64,000 bases of DNA from Bacteroidales bacterium (lineage in GTDB: Bacteria; Bacteroidota; Bacteroidia; Bacteroidales; UBA4417). A program made the position numbers and the translations under genes. Position 1 is the first letter of the stretch. Each line of letters opens with the position of its first letter. Of this stretch, positions 40,168 through 49,223 are shown piece after piece. Under the pieces are notes generated by a model. The model saw nothing but the letters and a program-made list of their open reading frames with translations. It ran no database searches and was not told the origin of the DNA. The DNA lies in assembly GCA_963665485.1 (NCBI GenBank), contig OY762227.1, positions 1,231,293-1,295,292 of the forward strand. Direction: 5' to 3'.

Positions 40168-42174
40168 TTATTTCTGCATTCTTTTTAATAAATAGTCAGT
40201 CTTGTTTTTCATTTCGTAGATTATATGTTTACTGAATTTTTCTCTGTCACTCGGCAGATCACTATAGGTTGTCATTATGACTTGGCTGGCAATTGAAGAA
40301 ATATTTTCTATTACAGTTATACAATCAACCAATGAATCATTGTCTAAGTTTTGTTGTTTAGGTTCATCAAGAATTAAAATGTTTGGATAACAAATCCCAC
40401 TTATTTTGTGATGTTTTATAGATGTTTGAAGCAGTGAAAGATAATAGCTCAGGATTATGCGAATATTGTCACTTGAACTCGAAATATTATAGATGTCAAA
40501 ATTGTCAAGGTAAGGCGTATAGTTATCATTTTCATCAACTTTGATATTGTAGATTAAATCTTTATTCCCTTTAAAAAGCCCAAGACTTGATACATTTGAT
40601 TGAATAAACAATTTAATTGAGTTAATAATCAAATTGTCCTTGTCTGTCTGCTCATATTTAGCAACGTCCTCTTTCAATCTTTGATATTCAGTAATAGTAG
40701 TTGATAAATCTGATCTGAACGGATTAAGATCTTCCCATCTTTGAGCAATCCGCGAATATTTTTCCATCTCCTTATAGGTAGAATCTGCATCTAGAATTCT
40801 TTTCCTAAGTTGTGCAAATTCTTTTCCTGCGTAGGTCTTTGTTTGATGGTCTAATTGACTCTCATATTCTTTAATTTTATCCTTTATTACGTTTCTTTGT
40901 TCAATTATTTTTCTCCGGTCTAAAATTCGTTGCGTTATTACTTTTTTAAATGTGTTTTCTTCATCCTCTAAAAAAAGAAGGTTTTGTTCAGGGGTAGATA
41001 TTTTTTTACCAATGTCAGAGTGGCAAAGTATACATTCATCATCATTTGGTTTCTGAAGTTTTGCTTCGCAAACTGGGCAAGTTTTAATGTTTAGTTCAGT
41101 GGAGAACTCTTTAATTTTCTTAAGCTGTTTGTTTTTGTATTTGTTCGATTGAATTCTGTCAATATAATTCTCGTAGCCTGTAATTTCAATTGATATTTTA
41201 TCAACTCTTTCTGATGCTTTGCGGTATTGATAATCAAGAGTTTTTAAACTGTCTCTGAGTTTTTCATTAGATTCTTCAAACTCTTTATTCTGACTTGATA
41301 ACTGGTTTATAAAGCCAGATTCTGCATTATATTTGTCTTTTAAATAATTAATAAAGTCATATATGCTTGTTTTTCCTATTTGGTTGGTGTTTACCAAAGG
41401 AATTTCATCAACTTTTTCTGCATTGGCAATTACTAAAAGGTTTTCTTCTTTTTGATGAAGCTCATCTCTCAACTTTTTCAATTTTGCTTCCAATTCTTTC
41501 ATCTTAATTTCAGAAAGGTGAAGGTTAAACCTATCCAATCCAAATAGATATTCAAAGGCAACCTTTTTAACCTCTTTGATATTATATCGAGTTACTTGTC
41601 GTGCTTGAATTTGTGACCAACCAGCTCTTTGCTCTACAAAAAATAGTGGTAGAATATTTTCAAAATAAAGTTTTGATAACTTTTGGTCATAAGTGGGCAA
41701 TTCTACCTGGTTTAACCCAATGAATTTGAAAAGGAAATTTTGAAATCCATTTTCTGTAAATACACCTTCACCGGATATTATTAGTTTTTCTCCGTCACCT
41801 GATTTGAAGAATTCAGCAGCGGAACACTTTTTAATAGCGGCAATATTAATGTCATTTCCTTTTATGTATCTAAATATTGTTACATCTTCATTACCATTAG
41901 ATATTTCGAGCAATAAATATGAAGTTCTAACTATTTTTCCTTCAATTGATTTATAAAACTCTGGCTTAAATGGATTCTGTAATGATTTGAAAATACCAAG
42001 TCCTTTTTCAGCACCTAGACCATAAATAATTCCCGTAACAATACTTGTTTTACCCACAGAATTTGGACCATAAATAATATTTAAGCCATCTTTAAAAGGG
42101 ATCTCTGCTCCATACTTCTCCCCTTCAACGGTTAGAATATTATACACAAGCTTATTTATTATTAATCTCGACAT
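40168..42174 (-). CDS. SMC/Rad50-like ABC ATPase (LmuB / ABC-3C ATPase-like) with a Cys4 element in the coiled coil
   Basis: Walker A GPNSVGKTS, Walker B ILILDEP and a long heptad-rich middle containing CPVCEAKLQKPNDDECILCHS. Overlaps the middle gene by 23 nt. Confidence 0.75.
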   Translation of the reverse strand: MSRLIINKLVYNILTVEGEKYGAEIPFKDGLNIIYGPNSVGKTSIVTGIIYGLGAEKGLGIFKSLQNPFKPEFYKSIEGKIVRTSYLLLEISNGNEDVTIFRYIKGNDINIAAIKKCSAAEFFKSGDGEKLIISGEGVFTENGFQNFLFKFIGLNQVELPTYDQKLSKLYFENILPLFFVEQRAGWSQIQARQVTRYNIKEVKKVAFEYLFGLDRFNLHLSEIKMKELEAKLKKLRDELHQKEENLLVIANAEKVDEIPLVNTNQIGKTSIYDFINYLKDKYNAESGFINQLSSQNKEFEESNEKLRDSLKTLDYQYRKASERVDKISIEITGYENYIDRIQSNKYKNKQLKKIKEFSTELNIKTCPVCEAKLQKPNDDECILCHSDIGKKISTPEQNLLFLEDEENTFKKVITQRILDRRKIIEQRNVIKDKIKEYESQLDHQTKTYAGKEFAQLRKRILDADSTYKEMEKYSRIAQRWEDLNPFRSDLSTTITEYQRLKEDVAKYEQTDKDNLIINSIKLFIQSNVSSLGLFKGNKDLIYNIKVDENDNYTPYLDNFDIYNISSSSDNIRIILSYYLSLLQTSIKHHKISGICYPNILILDEPKQQNLDNDSLVDCITVIENISSIASQVIMTTYSDLPSDREKFSKHIIYEMKNKTDYLLKRMQK

Positions 42175-42757
42175 TTTGTTTCCAATATGAGTTTGGTATT
42201 ACTTCCGTTATTATGTTAATTGTCCTCTCTTCAATTAATCTATTACCAAATAAATCCAAGAAGTTCATTTCTGTTGGGAATACATCTCTTATTTTTATAA
42301 AAAAATCGTTACCATTCTTTGTTAGTTGTAACCTTGGGTTTTTATTATTTGTATCTGTTTTGTATTCTATTAAATTTCTAACAAATAGATATAGAAACAT
42401 GTCATTAAAGCGTATATCCCAAGGAACACTTTTGTACTGTACAATATTAAAATCAATTTCAACTAACCTAGATGAACTAAAACTCTTTATTTTTTCAAGT
42501 ATGTTTTTCTGACCGCTAAAATATTCTATTATAAATTTGGATTGGAAAGCTTCATTACGCAACAAAAAGTCAACACAAGCTATTACATTTTTACTCAATC
42601 CAAACTTGGTATTGAGCATTCCGAGTATTACAATTATTCTTGTTGCCCGATATTGTATTCTATCTTCGGGCTGAACATATATCGGCCGGTCCAAGTTGAT
42701 ACTTGGCTTCATGTCGTTTTTAGATATAGCTTGTATTAAATAATCAAGTCCTTCCAT
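42152..42757 (-). CDS. Middle component of the three-gene ABC ATPase system (LmuC / ABC-3C MC-like)
   Basis: 201 aa with no enzymatic motif. Sandwiched between the effector and the ATPase, overlapping both (14 nt and 23 nt). Confidence 0.55.
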   Translation of the reverse strand: MEGLDYLIQAISKNDMKPSINLDRPIYVQPEDRIQYRATRIIVILGMLNTKFGLSKNVIACVDFLLRNEAFQSKFIIEYFSGQKNILEKIKSFSSSRLVEIDFNIVQYKSVPWDIRFNDMFLYLFVRNLIEYKTDTNNKNPRLQLTKNGNDFFIKIRDVFPTEMNFLDLFGNRLIEERTINIITEVIPNSYWKQNVEINNK

Positions 42758-43712
42758 TTTTTCTCCAATCTAGTGGGCATTCTGCGGCTAATTCAAATAC
42801 AACACCGTGTAGTAGTTTCTGTTGGTCATTTCTTAATTTAAAATCACTATAAAAAGTTAGAATTTCATTTTCTGCTTCTTCAAAAAAATCATGAAAAAAA
42901 TCTTCGGGAGTATATGTAGGGTCAATGTTGAATTTATGTGTCAGCCTATGTGCTTTTATTCTTAAATTATCTTGCCAATTTATAATATTGGTTCTTAGCT
43001 CAGGATTTAAATCAATTAAACTTTCTAGATAGACTTTATAGTTTGCTCTAATTCTATGATAGAAAATTCTATTTCCATCATCTTCTCTAAGCACAGAATT
43101 TAATTTTTGATCTAACGTTGTTTTTAATTTATTATCTTCATTAGGATCTTTGTCTGTATCTTCAATTCTAATTAAATCCGTAAATTGTAAAGCGTCTTTT
43201 TGTTGAATGAGATTATTAATAATCACTTTGATTCTATTAAGTTCATAATCTTTGTCAAGAACTATTTCACAATTGGTTTTATCATAAACCTTAATATAGA
43301 CTTTTTCATCTAATGCGAATAACTTTTGTATGTCTTTGTCAGGAGTCCAAAAGTCTACTGGGTATTTGAATTTGTTAATTGCATTTGCTTGAATATTATG
43401 GTCAATATTGCTTAAATTCTGAAGGGGTGAAAGTGCAATAAAAGCGGTAACGTTATAACTTGAAGCGTCAAGTTGCATTTGTTTGTTGAAAATATCTTTC
43501 CAATATAGGTTTGACGTTGTATAATACTTGCATTCAATGAAGAATGACCTTACTTGATCATTTTCGTCAAAAAATTGAATGAAAATGTCAAAACCATTTT
43601 GGTTACCTGAATCTTGCTTTCTTATCTCAATTACTACGAATCCCATTTTTTCAAATATTTCTTTAAAAAATGGTTTTATGAGTTTCTCAAAATCACTTCC
43701 TGTAATCGGCAT
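42744..43712 (-). CDS. Effector: N-terminal Mrr-like PD-(D/E)xK nuclease fold plus helical C-terminal domain (LmuA / ABC-3C effector-like)
   Basis: GSDFEKLIKPFF...GFDIFIQF...FFIECKYY gives a D...ExK arrangement. The C-terminal ~170 aa is predicted helical. Confidence 0.65.
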   Translation of the reverse strand: MPITGSDFEKLIKPFFKEIFEKMGFVVIEIRKQDSGNQNGFDIFIQFFDENDQVRSFFIECKYYTTSNLYWKDIFNKQMQLDASSYNVTAFIALSPLQNLSNIDHNIQANAINKFKYPVDFWTPDKDIQKLFALDEKVYIKVYDKTNCEIVLDKDYELNRIKVIINNLIQQKDALQFTDLIRIEDTDKDPNEDNKLKTTLDQKLNSVLREDDGNRIFYHRIRANYKVYLESLIDLNPELRTNIINWQDNLRIKAHRLTHKFNIDPTYTPEDFFHDFFEEAENEILTFYSDFKLRNDQQKLLHGVVFELAAECPLDWRKNGRT

Positions 43713-43989
43713 ATTTTCTATTAGTTATACTTTCTATTGTTGTCGCGGGTCGGTTTTACACTTGCTGCCAACTGGTATATAACATCAAATTTAGGTCACT
43801 TTTATTTACAAATATCAATTCGTCTTATTTATATTCTAAAAATTTAATTCCATATCAGGTCTGCCTCTTCCTGTTATTGTTTTGTGATGAGTGTCGTTAC
43901 AATTTTCCTGCTACCAGTATTCTGAAATTCAAAACTATTGCTTATATTGTGATAAATCTTTTGGTTAATTTTTAATCATTTCACTAGCT

Positions 43990-44553
43990 ATGTTTCCAAT
44001 GATCACAGATTCTGAATACATCCGCTATGATGGTAAAACACAGCTACATCTGGCATGTAAGGATGGTAATGTAGTCCAGGTAAAAGAATTATTAAACCTT
44101 GGTGTTGATAAAAACAAACAGGATTCACATGGTTTAACAGCACTCCATATTGCGAAAAACATTGAAATTGTTAAAAAACTGATCGAAGCAGGGGCTGATC
44201 CAAATCTTCAGGATTATCGTTCCGGCTTTACTCCGTTAATGGATTCTATGGTATGGTGGAATACAGATAAGTATGCTTTATTAGTACCTATAACCAACTT
44301 GAATATTAAGAGCTGTTTTGGCATTACTCCATTAATGCTTGCTGCAAAAATTCACAGTTTAAAAGACATTAAATTACTTCTTGATGCTTGTGCTGATCCA
44401 TATATCAGGAATTATTCAGGTATGGATTTTTACGACTACTTATTTGACTATGAACAAGCATATATTCTAGAACTATTGCCGGATTTTCTTTCAAAACAAG
44501 CGTTGCGTTTAGATACTGCCTCAATCAAAGTCCTTGAGCGACGAATCCGATAA
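43990..44553 (+). CDS. Ankyrin-repeat protein (cytoplasmic)
   Basis: Repeats GKTQLHLACKDGNVVQVKELLNLGVDKN, GLTALHIA..IEIVKKLIEAGADPN and GITPLMLAA. No signal peptide. Confidence 0.8.
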   Translation: MFPMITDSEYIRYDGKTQLHLACKDGNVVQVKELLNLGVDKNKQDSHGLTALHIAKNIEIVKKLIEAGADPNLQDYRSGFTPLMDSMVWWNTDKYALLVPITNLNIKSCFGITPLMLAAKIHSLKDIKLLLDACADPYIRNYSGMDFYDYLFDYEQAYILELLPDFLSKQALRLDTASIKVLERRIR

Positions 44554-44554
44554 A

Positions 44555-46470
44555 AAATATAAAATATCATGGGCGTTCCCCTCGGCTTTCTGCTGTGCCT
44601 CGGGTCAGGCTATACGCTTCAAGTCCTCGTTCGGTCCTCACTGCGGGCTTTTCGCTTCTATCCTTAACGCAGTTCTACAAGACTTTTTTTGCAAGAGCAG
44701 GTTGTTGTGTTTTTTCAATAGGCTGCTATCGCTGTGCCTATCTTCAAAAATCACATAGGTTGTTGACGTGTAGCTTATGTTTTTTAATTGTTTTTGTAAG
44801 GGATTGATCTATCATTCATACTTCATTCCTTCGCTACGCTTCATTCTTGCAGAGCACGTCTAACGCCGGGTTTCATGCAGAGCCTCTTCACGGAGTGTTC
44901 AAGATCCTCTTGAAAATCTGTAGACCAGTGGCACCCTATGCCCTTCGAGTTTTAAAATCATAAACTTCATTTTTTGTTTTTGATTCATAGTTTGAAGAGT
45001 TATTGCCGGGTTGATCTTTAGTTTTGAGTTGAAGAAGTTATTGCTGAGTTGGTTTTGTGAATCTTTCTCTCTATGGTCTTCCTCCTTGTCAATCATTCAA
45101 TCATGTTCTTTCCGCCAACGCCCAGGCAGTGCCGGATGGCTGCCAGGTCGCAATTTTTTGTCACGGTATTTGCAGAAAAGCAAATACAGCGAGCCGCGCC
45201 AAAAAAATTACTACTGTCATCCACCGGGAAGTTACTTTACATAATAGGCTCTTATGGTCTTGGTAGAAAGCCCATAAGCCCATTATGTATAAAGCCTAAA
45301 GGCAAGTAACCACTGCCTGCACCTACGCAACCTGCCCACTCTGCACACTTTCCATGCAGTTGCAAGCCATTCAATTACTCGTCCCTCGTAATCTCATGCC
45401 TTTCACTGCCGCACAGCAGCAAATATTTCCTCGTGCCTCGTCATATCAGCTGCTAAGAGCTTCCCACGTTCCAGTTAGACAAGTATACAAGCCGGTGAGC
45501 ATTTTGTTTACAAGTCAGTTCTACAAGTGACGAGCAGCAATCTGTGAACCCAACACACTTGCCATGTTGCTGCAAGCAATTGTCCTCTTCCTCCTCCTAC
45601 GTCCTCCTTGTTTCGTCACCTCTCAGTCTGGCAGGTTCGTACTTCCCGGACACCTGCTATCGCACATTCCAACGTAACGGTGCCCGCAAAGTACACGCAT
45701 AAAGCAAAGCCTCATTCTTCGGCTCAGCTTTTAAGTATGCTTCACCAGCCAGCCTTCAAGGATGCCTTCACTGCGTCGTCCTCCATCGTCGTCATCGTCC
45801 AATCACTTTCGCAACCCCACAGCAGCAAGCTCGTATGGTTACATTCATTACTGCCTGCGCACCTTATTTCGGCTCACCAGACACCTTCTATCACACAACC
45901 TTTGTTACGGCGTCTGGCAAGCACGAAATCCCCTGTAACGTAATCCATTTCACCATCCAAGCCAGCTGCTAAAGCCTCCCCACTTCCAAAAAGAAGCGGT
46001 ATTTGTATGCGCTATCGCCCTCCGGTTGCTCGTTACAGCGCGAGCCACAGCGTGCGGTAAAGGTCGGTTATGCAATTTATCCAGTTTTATCCTTATTATT
46101 CCCTGCCTGCTGCCTAGGCAGTATTTACTCACCGTCAATTCATTGCTTGTTTTTTATAGGTATTGCCGTCTCATTTATACTGCCCCACGCTGCCCTTTTC
46201 CTTCACATTTATCCAATGTTACAAATACGTTACCACCATATTTTATTTGGAGCTTGCATATCAACTGCCTCCGTCCAAATCATTTTAAATTATTGCCTAA
46301 AGAGGTGGATTTTTTCAGGAAAAGAAAAAGGGAAAAGAAAAATAATGAAACGAATATAAAGTAGCATTCCAGCAAATTCAAGGGCTGGATAGCAGCAACA
46401 TTATTTTCTTTTTCCTTACGCACTTTTACGCTGCATATCCAGGCTGAGCCGCGTTCGTTTTTTTTTAAAT
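44555..46470 (+). other. ~1.9-kb ORF-free, C/T-rich (G-poor) region with internal degenerate repeats; possible long non-coding transcript
   Basis: Only short overlapping low-complexity ORFs occur, in all three + frames. In two sampled 60-nt lines C is about twice G. Ends at a strong + strand terminator. Confidence 0.5.
44992..45063 (+). repeat. Two tandem ~36-bp repeats
   Basis: TTGAAGAGTTATTGCCGGGTTGATCTTTAGTTTTGAG is followed by TTGAAGAAGTTATTGCTGAGTTGGTTTTGTGAATC. Confidence 0.6.
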
Positions 46471-46600
46471 AACCTGTTTAGGATTTACTAAGCAGGTTTT
46501 TTCATTTAAAAAAAAGCCGTCTCGCGCCCTTGATTTTGCTTCCATGCTTCATTGCCTGATGGTTTCCTTTTTTTCTTTTTTCCCTTTTTCTATTTTTTCC
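46316..46600. repeat. Long imperfect inverted repeat (~70-nt arms, ~140-nt spacer)
   Basis: The left arm AGGAAAAGAAAAAGGGAAAAGAAAAA...GCATTCCAGCAAATTCAAGGGC pairs with the right arm GCCCTTGATTTTGCTTCCATGC...TTTTTCTTTTTTCCCTTTTTCTATTTTTTCCT. Confidence 0.7.
46471..46502 (+). terminator. Rho-independent terminator (11-bp stem, 6-nt loop, T-run)
   Basis: AACCTGTTTAG-GATTTA-CTAAGCAGGTT followed by TTTT. Only one G-U pair in the stem. Confidence 0.7.
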
Positions 46601-46662
46601 TAAAAAAATTGTGGAAGGGGTGCTAAAGGGAAGATTGGACTAACCACCAAAAACTTTTCAAC

Positions 46663-47094
46663 ATGCAGAAAATCACTACTTACAGCCCCGATCAAAAGCG
46701 AAGCCCCTTCGCCTTTTTCATCCTGAACAAAGGAATGAACAGCGGCAAACCCCTGGAGCATCCCTGTCCAAATTGCTTCACTTTCAACGCCAAAAGCCAG
46801 GAAGAAAAGGATCATAATTTCTGGCTCTGCTTCGGCCTCTGGCAATCGAAAACTTTTCATCCCTACCTCTCCGGTTCTGTTATCCCTTTCATTCACCTTC
46901 GTGATCTGAACCAGGTAATCAATCAGGCATCCGAAAAAGCCCAGGCAAGCCCGGCCAACTTTCAAAAAACCGTCGAAGCTCTCAAAATTCTCGATCAGCA
47001 TGAAAAGAACTACCACAGGAATCTCCTGCTAATTTCCGAAGCCAAAAAGGCAATTTTTGCAAAATATCGCTCAGTTCCATCATTCTACCGGTAA
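46663..47094 (+). CDS. Small protein resembling a half HsdS (target-recognition-like N-part plus conserved S-subunit coiled-coil helix)
   Basis: 143 aa. FFILNKGMNSGKPL and the C-terminal QKTVEALKILDQHEKNYHRNLLLISEAKKAIFAKY resemble HsdS conserved-region helices. Resemblance judged by eye only. Confidence 0.4.
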   Translation: MQKITTYSPDQKRSPFAFFILNKGMNSGKPLEHPCPNCFTFNAKSQEEKDHNFWLCFGLWQSKTFHPYLSGSVIPFIHLRDLNQVINQASEKAQASPANFQKTVEALKILDQHEKNYHRNLLLISEAKKAIFAKYRSVPSFYR

Positions 47095-47158
47095 TCTCTT
47101 AAACCCAATATTAACCCCGCCTGGCTGGGAAACTGGCCAGGCATAAAATCTCAAAATC

Positions 47159-47392
47159 ATGACACAAAAACCTGTTAAAATTCTCAAAGAAACAGCCGAA
47201 AAACATGGCTATTATTTATTCGGTGGTAAAGGTGACGTTTGGAGTAACACAGCCCATTTATCAAAAGGCATGATGGCAACCACATTATGCGGAAGGCCAA
47301 TGCTAAGCACGAACTGGGTACGCATTGAGGCAGTAAATGCAGTTGGCTGCGCTGAGTGTGCTCGTCATTTTAAAGAAGCAATTTCAATTTAA
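47159..47392 (+). CDS. Small Cys-containing hypothetical protein (77 aa)
   Basis: ORF with Cys residues at LCGRP and GCAECARH. Same strand and tight spacing with its neighbours. Confidence 0.45.
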   Translation: MTQKPVKILKETAEKHGYYLFGGKGDVWSNTAHLSKGMMATTLCGRPMLSTNWVRIEAVNAVGCAECARHFKEAISI

Positions 47393-47442
47393 TTAACCAG
47401 GTGCCTGGGCCTACTGGCCCGGGTACCCTAATTCTTTCATCC

Positions 47443-47688
47443 ATGACACAATCCCAAACCATCAGTAGAACCTTCCGTTTCGTTTATAATCTCCCATCAG
47501 ATTTTATAGAAGAAATCTGGTCTGACAGTCCAATCCTGGCAGAACACCTCAAAGCCAAGTTCACTGGCTTCTGCAAATCCGAAGGCTATGCCTCAGCAAA
47601 TGCCATCCTTAAATTCTTCGCTTCCCTCGATGAATCCAATTCAGAGAAATTTTGCAACTATGCTTCCACCTGGATGCAAAACCATTAA
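47443..47688 (+). CDS. Small hypothetical protein (81 aa from the ATG at 47443)
   Basis: ORF in the same operon-like array. No family recognised. Confidence 0.4.
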   Translation: MTQSQTISRTFRFVYNLPSDFIEEIWSDSPILAEHLKAKFTGFCKSEGYASANAILKFFASLDESNSEKFCNYASTWMQNH

Positions 47689-47754
47689 CCCCCGAATCTC
47701 ACTGTAATTTTCGGAATCTAATCCAAATTTTCAAACCCTTAAAATCCCATCCCT

Positions 47755-47973
47755 ATGAAAAAGTACTTCAACGATCCCCGCCCTCTTACCGTCAGGTACC
47801 AGGGCTCTTGTGCAGAATGTGGCACCACCCTCAAAAAAGGCTCAGCAGCTTATTACTGGCCTTCCGATGGTAAAATCTATTGTTTATCCTGCGGTGAATC
47901 TGAATACCGGCAGTTCCTTTCTGCTGCAGCTGATGAAGATGTTTACCAGGGCATCGGAAATCCATTTGCATGA
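47755..47973 (+). CDS. Small zinc-ribbon protein (CxxC...CxxC)
   Basis: 72 aa. GSCAECGTTLKKG...KIYCLSCGESEY. Confidence 0.5.
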   Translation: MKKYFNDPRPLTVRYQGSCAECGTTLKKGSAAYYWPSDGKIYCLSCGESEYRQFLSAAADEDVYQGIGNPFA

Positions 47974-48218
47974 TAACGCTATTTTAAAAACTTTTTCTTT
48001 ATGCCTGGTTATTCCAGGCTTTTTCATTTAAATAAAATTTCAATTTATTTGTATTTCAAACTTTTATATATTTGATTTAAATATTAACAGCTTTTTATCG
48101 AACCTATTCACGCCAAATCAGTTTTAAGAAGTGATTTTATCAGTCCTATACCCCTATCTTTTATGTTGTAAACGAAGCTTAAAGAATAAATATAATTGTT
48201 AACTTAATTTATAAACCG

Positions 48219-48869
48219 ATGAAAATATGGTCCTTATTTTTTTGTGTTATTTCCTTTATGTTTTCTTTTATTTCGTGCAATAACGTAAATTCAAATGACA
48301 GATTAGTTGCCGATACAATTACAAACATTAATAAGCAAACGAGTTATTCGGATTCGATAGAAATTACACCTATCCCAAATAGTTTCCTAGATCTAAAGTT
48401 AGGCACACCTTTTTCTGAATTTATTGCTAATTATCCTAACGCACATCAGCAATTAGATGAATTTTATACACTTGATTTAGGCCTTATGGGCAGTGTAATT
48501 TATTTCGATGACATGGACAGGCCGTACATTCTTGATAATGTTAAAACCAAATCTGGCGATGAATTAAAACTTAGTGCATTTTTCGTGAATGATAGACTAG
48601 CAGCAATTTACGTGGAGTTCAAAAATGGTGTATATGCTGCTGATAATGTTTATTCTGCATTTAAAGATAAATATGGAGATCCTACATATTCAGAAATAAA
48701 GTCAGAATATCATAATACAAAGTCTTATTATTGGATTGCCCCAAGTTGTGTTTTAAATTTTCTTTATAAATCAGATATTGGAGATCTATTTTTAGTGTTC
48801 GCCGATAGAGCTGTGCAGGATAAAATAGTTGATAAAAGAAAAAAGAAAAATTCTGAAAGTATTGAATAA
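48219..48869 (+). CDS. Lipoprotein, function unknown
   Basis: Signal plus lipobox (FMFSFISCNN). AT-rich gene. Confidence 0.6.
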   Translation: MKIWSLFFCVISFMFSFISCNNVNSNDRLVADTITNINKQTSYSDSIEITPIPNSFLDLKLGTPFSEFIANYPNAHQQLDEFYTLDLGLMGSVIYFDDMDRPYILDNVKTKSGDELKLSAFFVNDRLAAIYVEFKNGVYAADNVYSAFKDKYGDPTYSEIKSEYHNTKSYYWIAPSCVLNFLYKSDIGDLFLVFADRAVQDKIVDKRKKKNSESIE

Positions 48870-48947
48870 AAGGCAAATTCCGAAATCGTTCAAGTACGAT
48901 TTATTTTCAATTACATGCGAGCAATTATTTCAGCATTAATTCTTTAC

Positions 48948-49010
48948 TCATAATGCCTACACCCTCCCAACCTCCACCAGCCTCTTCCTGTTCACTATCA
49001 CCTATGCTTG
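48948..49010 (-). pseudogene. Relic of a second terminase-large-subunit 3' end
   Basis: The reverse translation VIVNRKRLVEVGRV* parallels the true TerL C-terminus VMVNRKRMVKVGHFGYSQQ* (49736-49800). The DNA shares CCTCTTCCTGTT and flanking bases. Confidence 0.55.
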
Positions 49011-49223
49011 GCAACCACATTTATAACCTCAATTGTGTAGATGGTGAATACTATCAAATCCTTGTTTATTAGGCGGATGAAGTCGATTAAAAATACCTCT
49101 ACAATCTTTTTGCCAACTAATATACTAAAAGAAATATATTCTTTCCCAAGCACTGCGAAGCAAAAGATTTTTTTTTAATTTTATCTGTATCAATTTTAAT
49201 TTGAACTTTCTTAAATTAACGTT

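Noticed and set aside
40007-40195. 62-aa + strand ORF overlapping the 3' end of the ATPase gene
   Set aside because: It is convergent with and overlaps a well-supported gene, and it has no motif.
44534-46364. Eight overlapping + strand ORFs of 62-118 aa (for example 45608-45943 and 46003-46359)
   Set aside because: They occupy all three frames simultaneously and are Ser/Leu/Pro/Cys-rich low-complexity translations. They are explained by the C/T-rich composition, which depletes stop codons on this strand. No start context or motifs are present.
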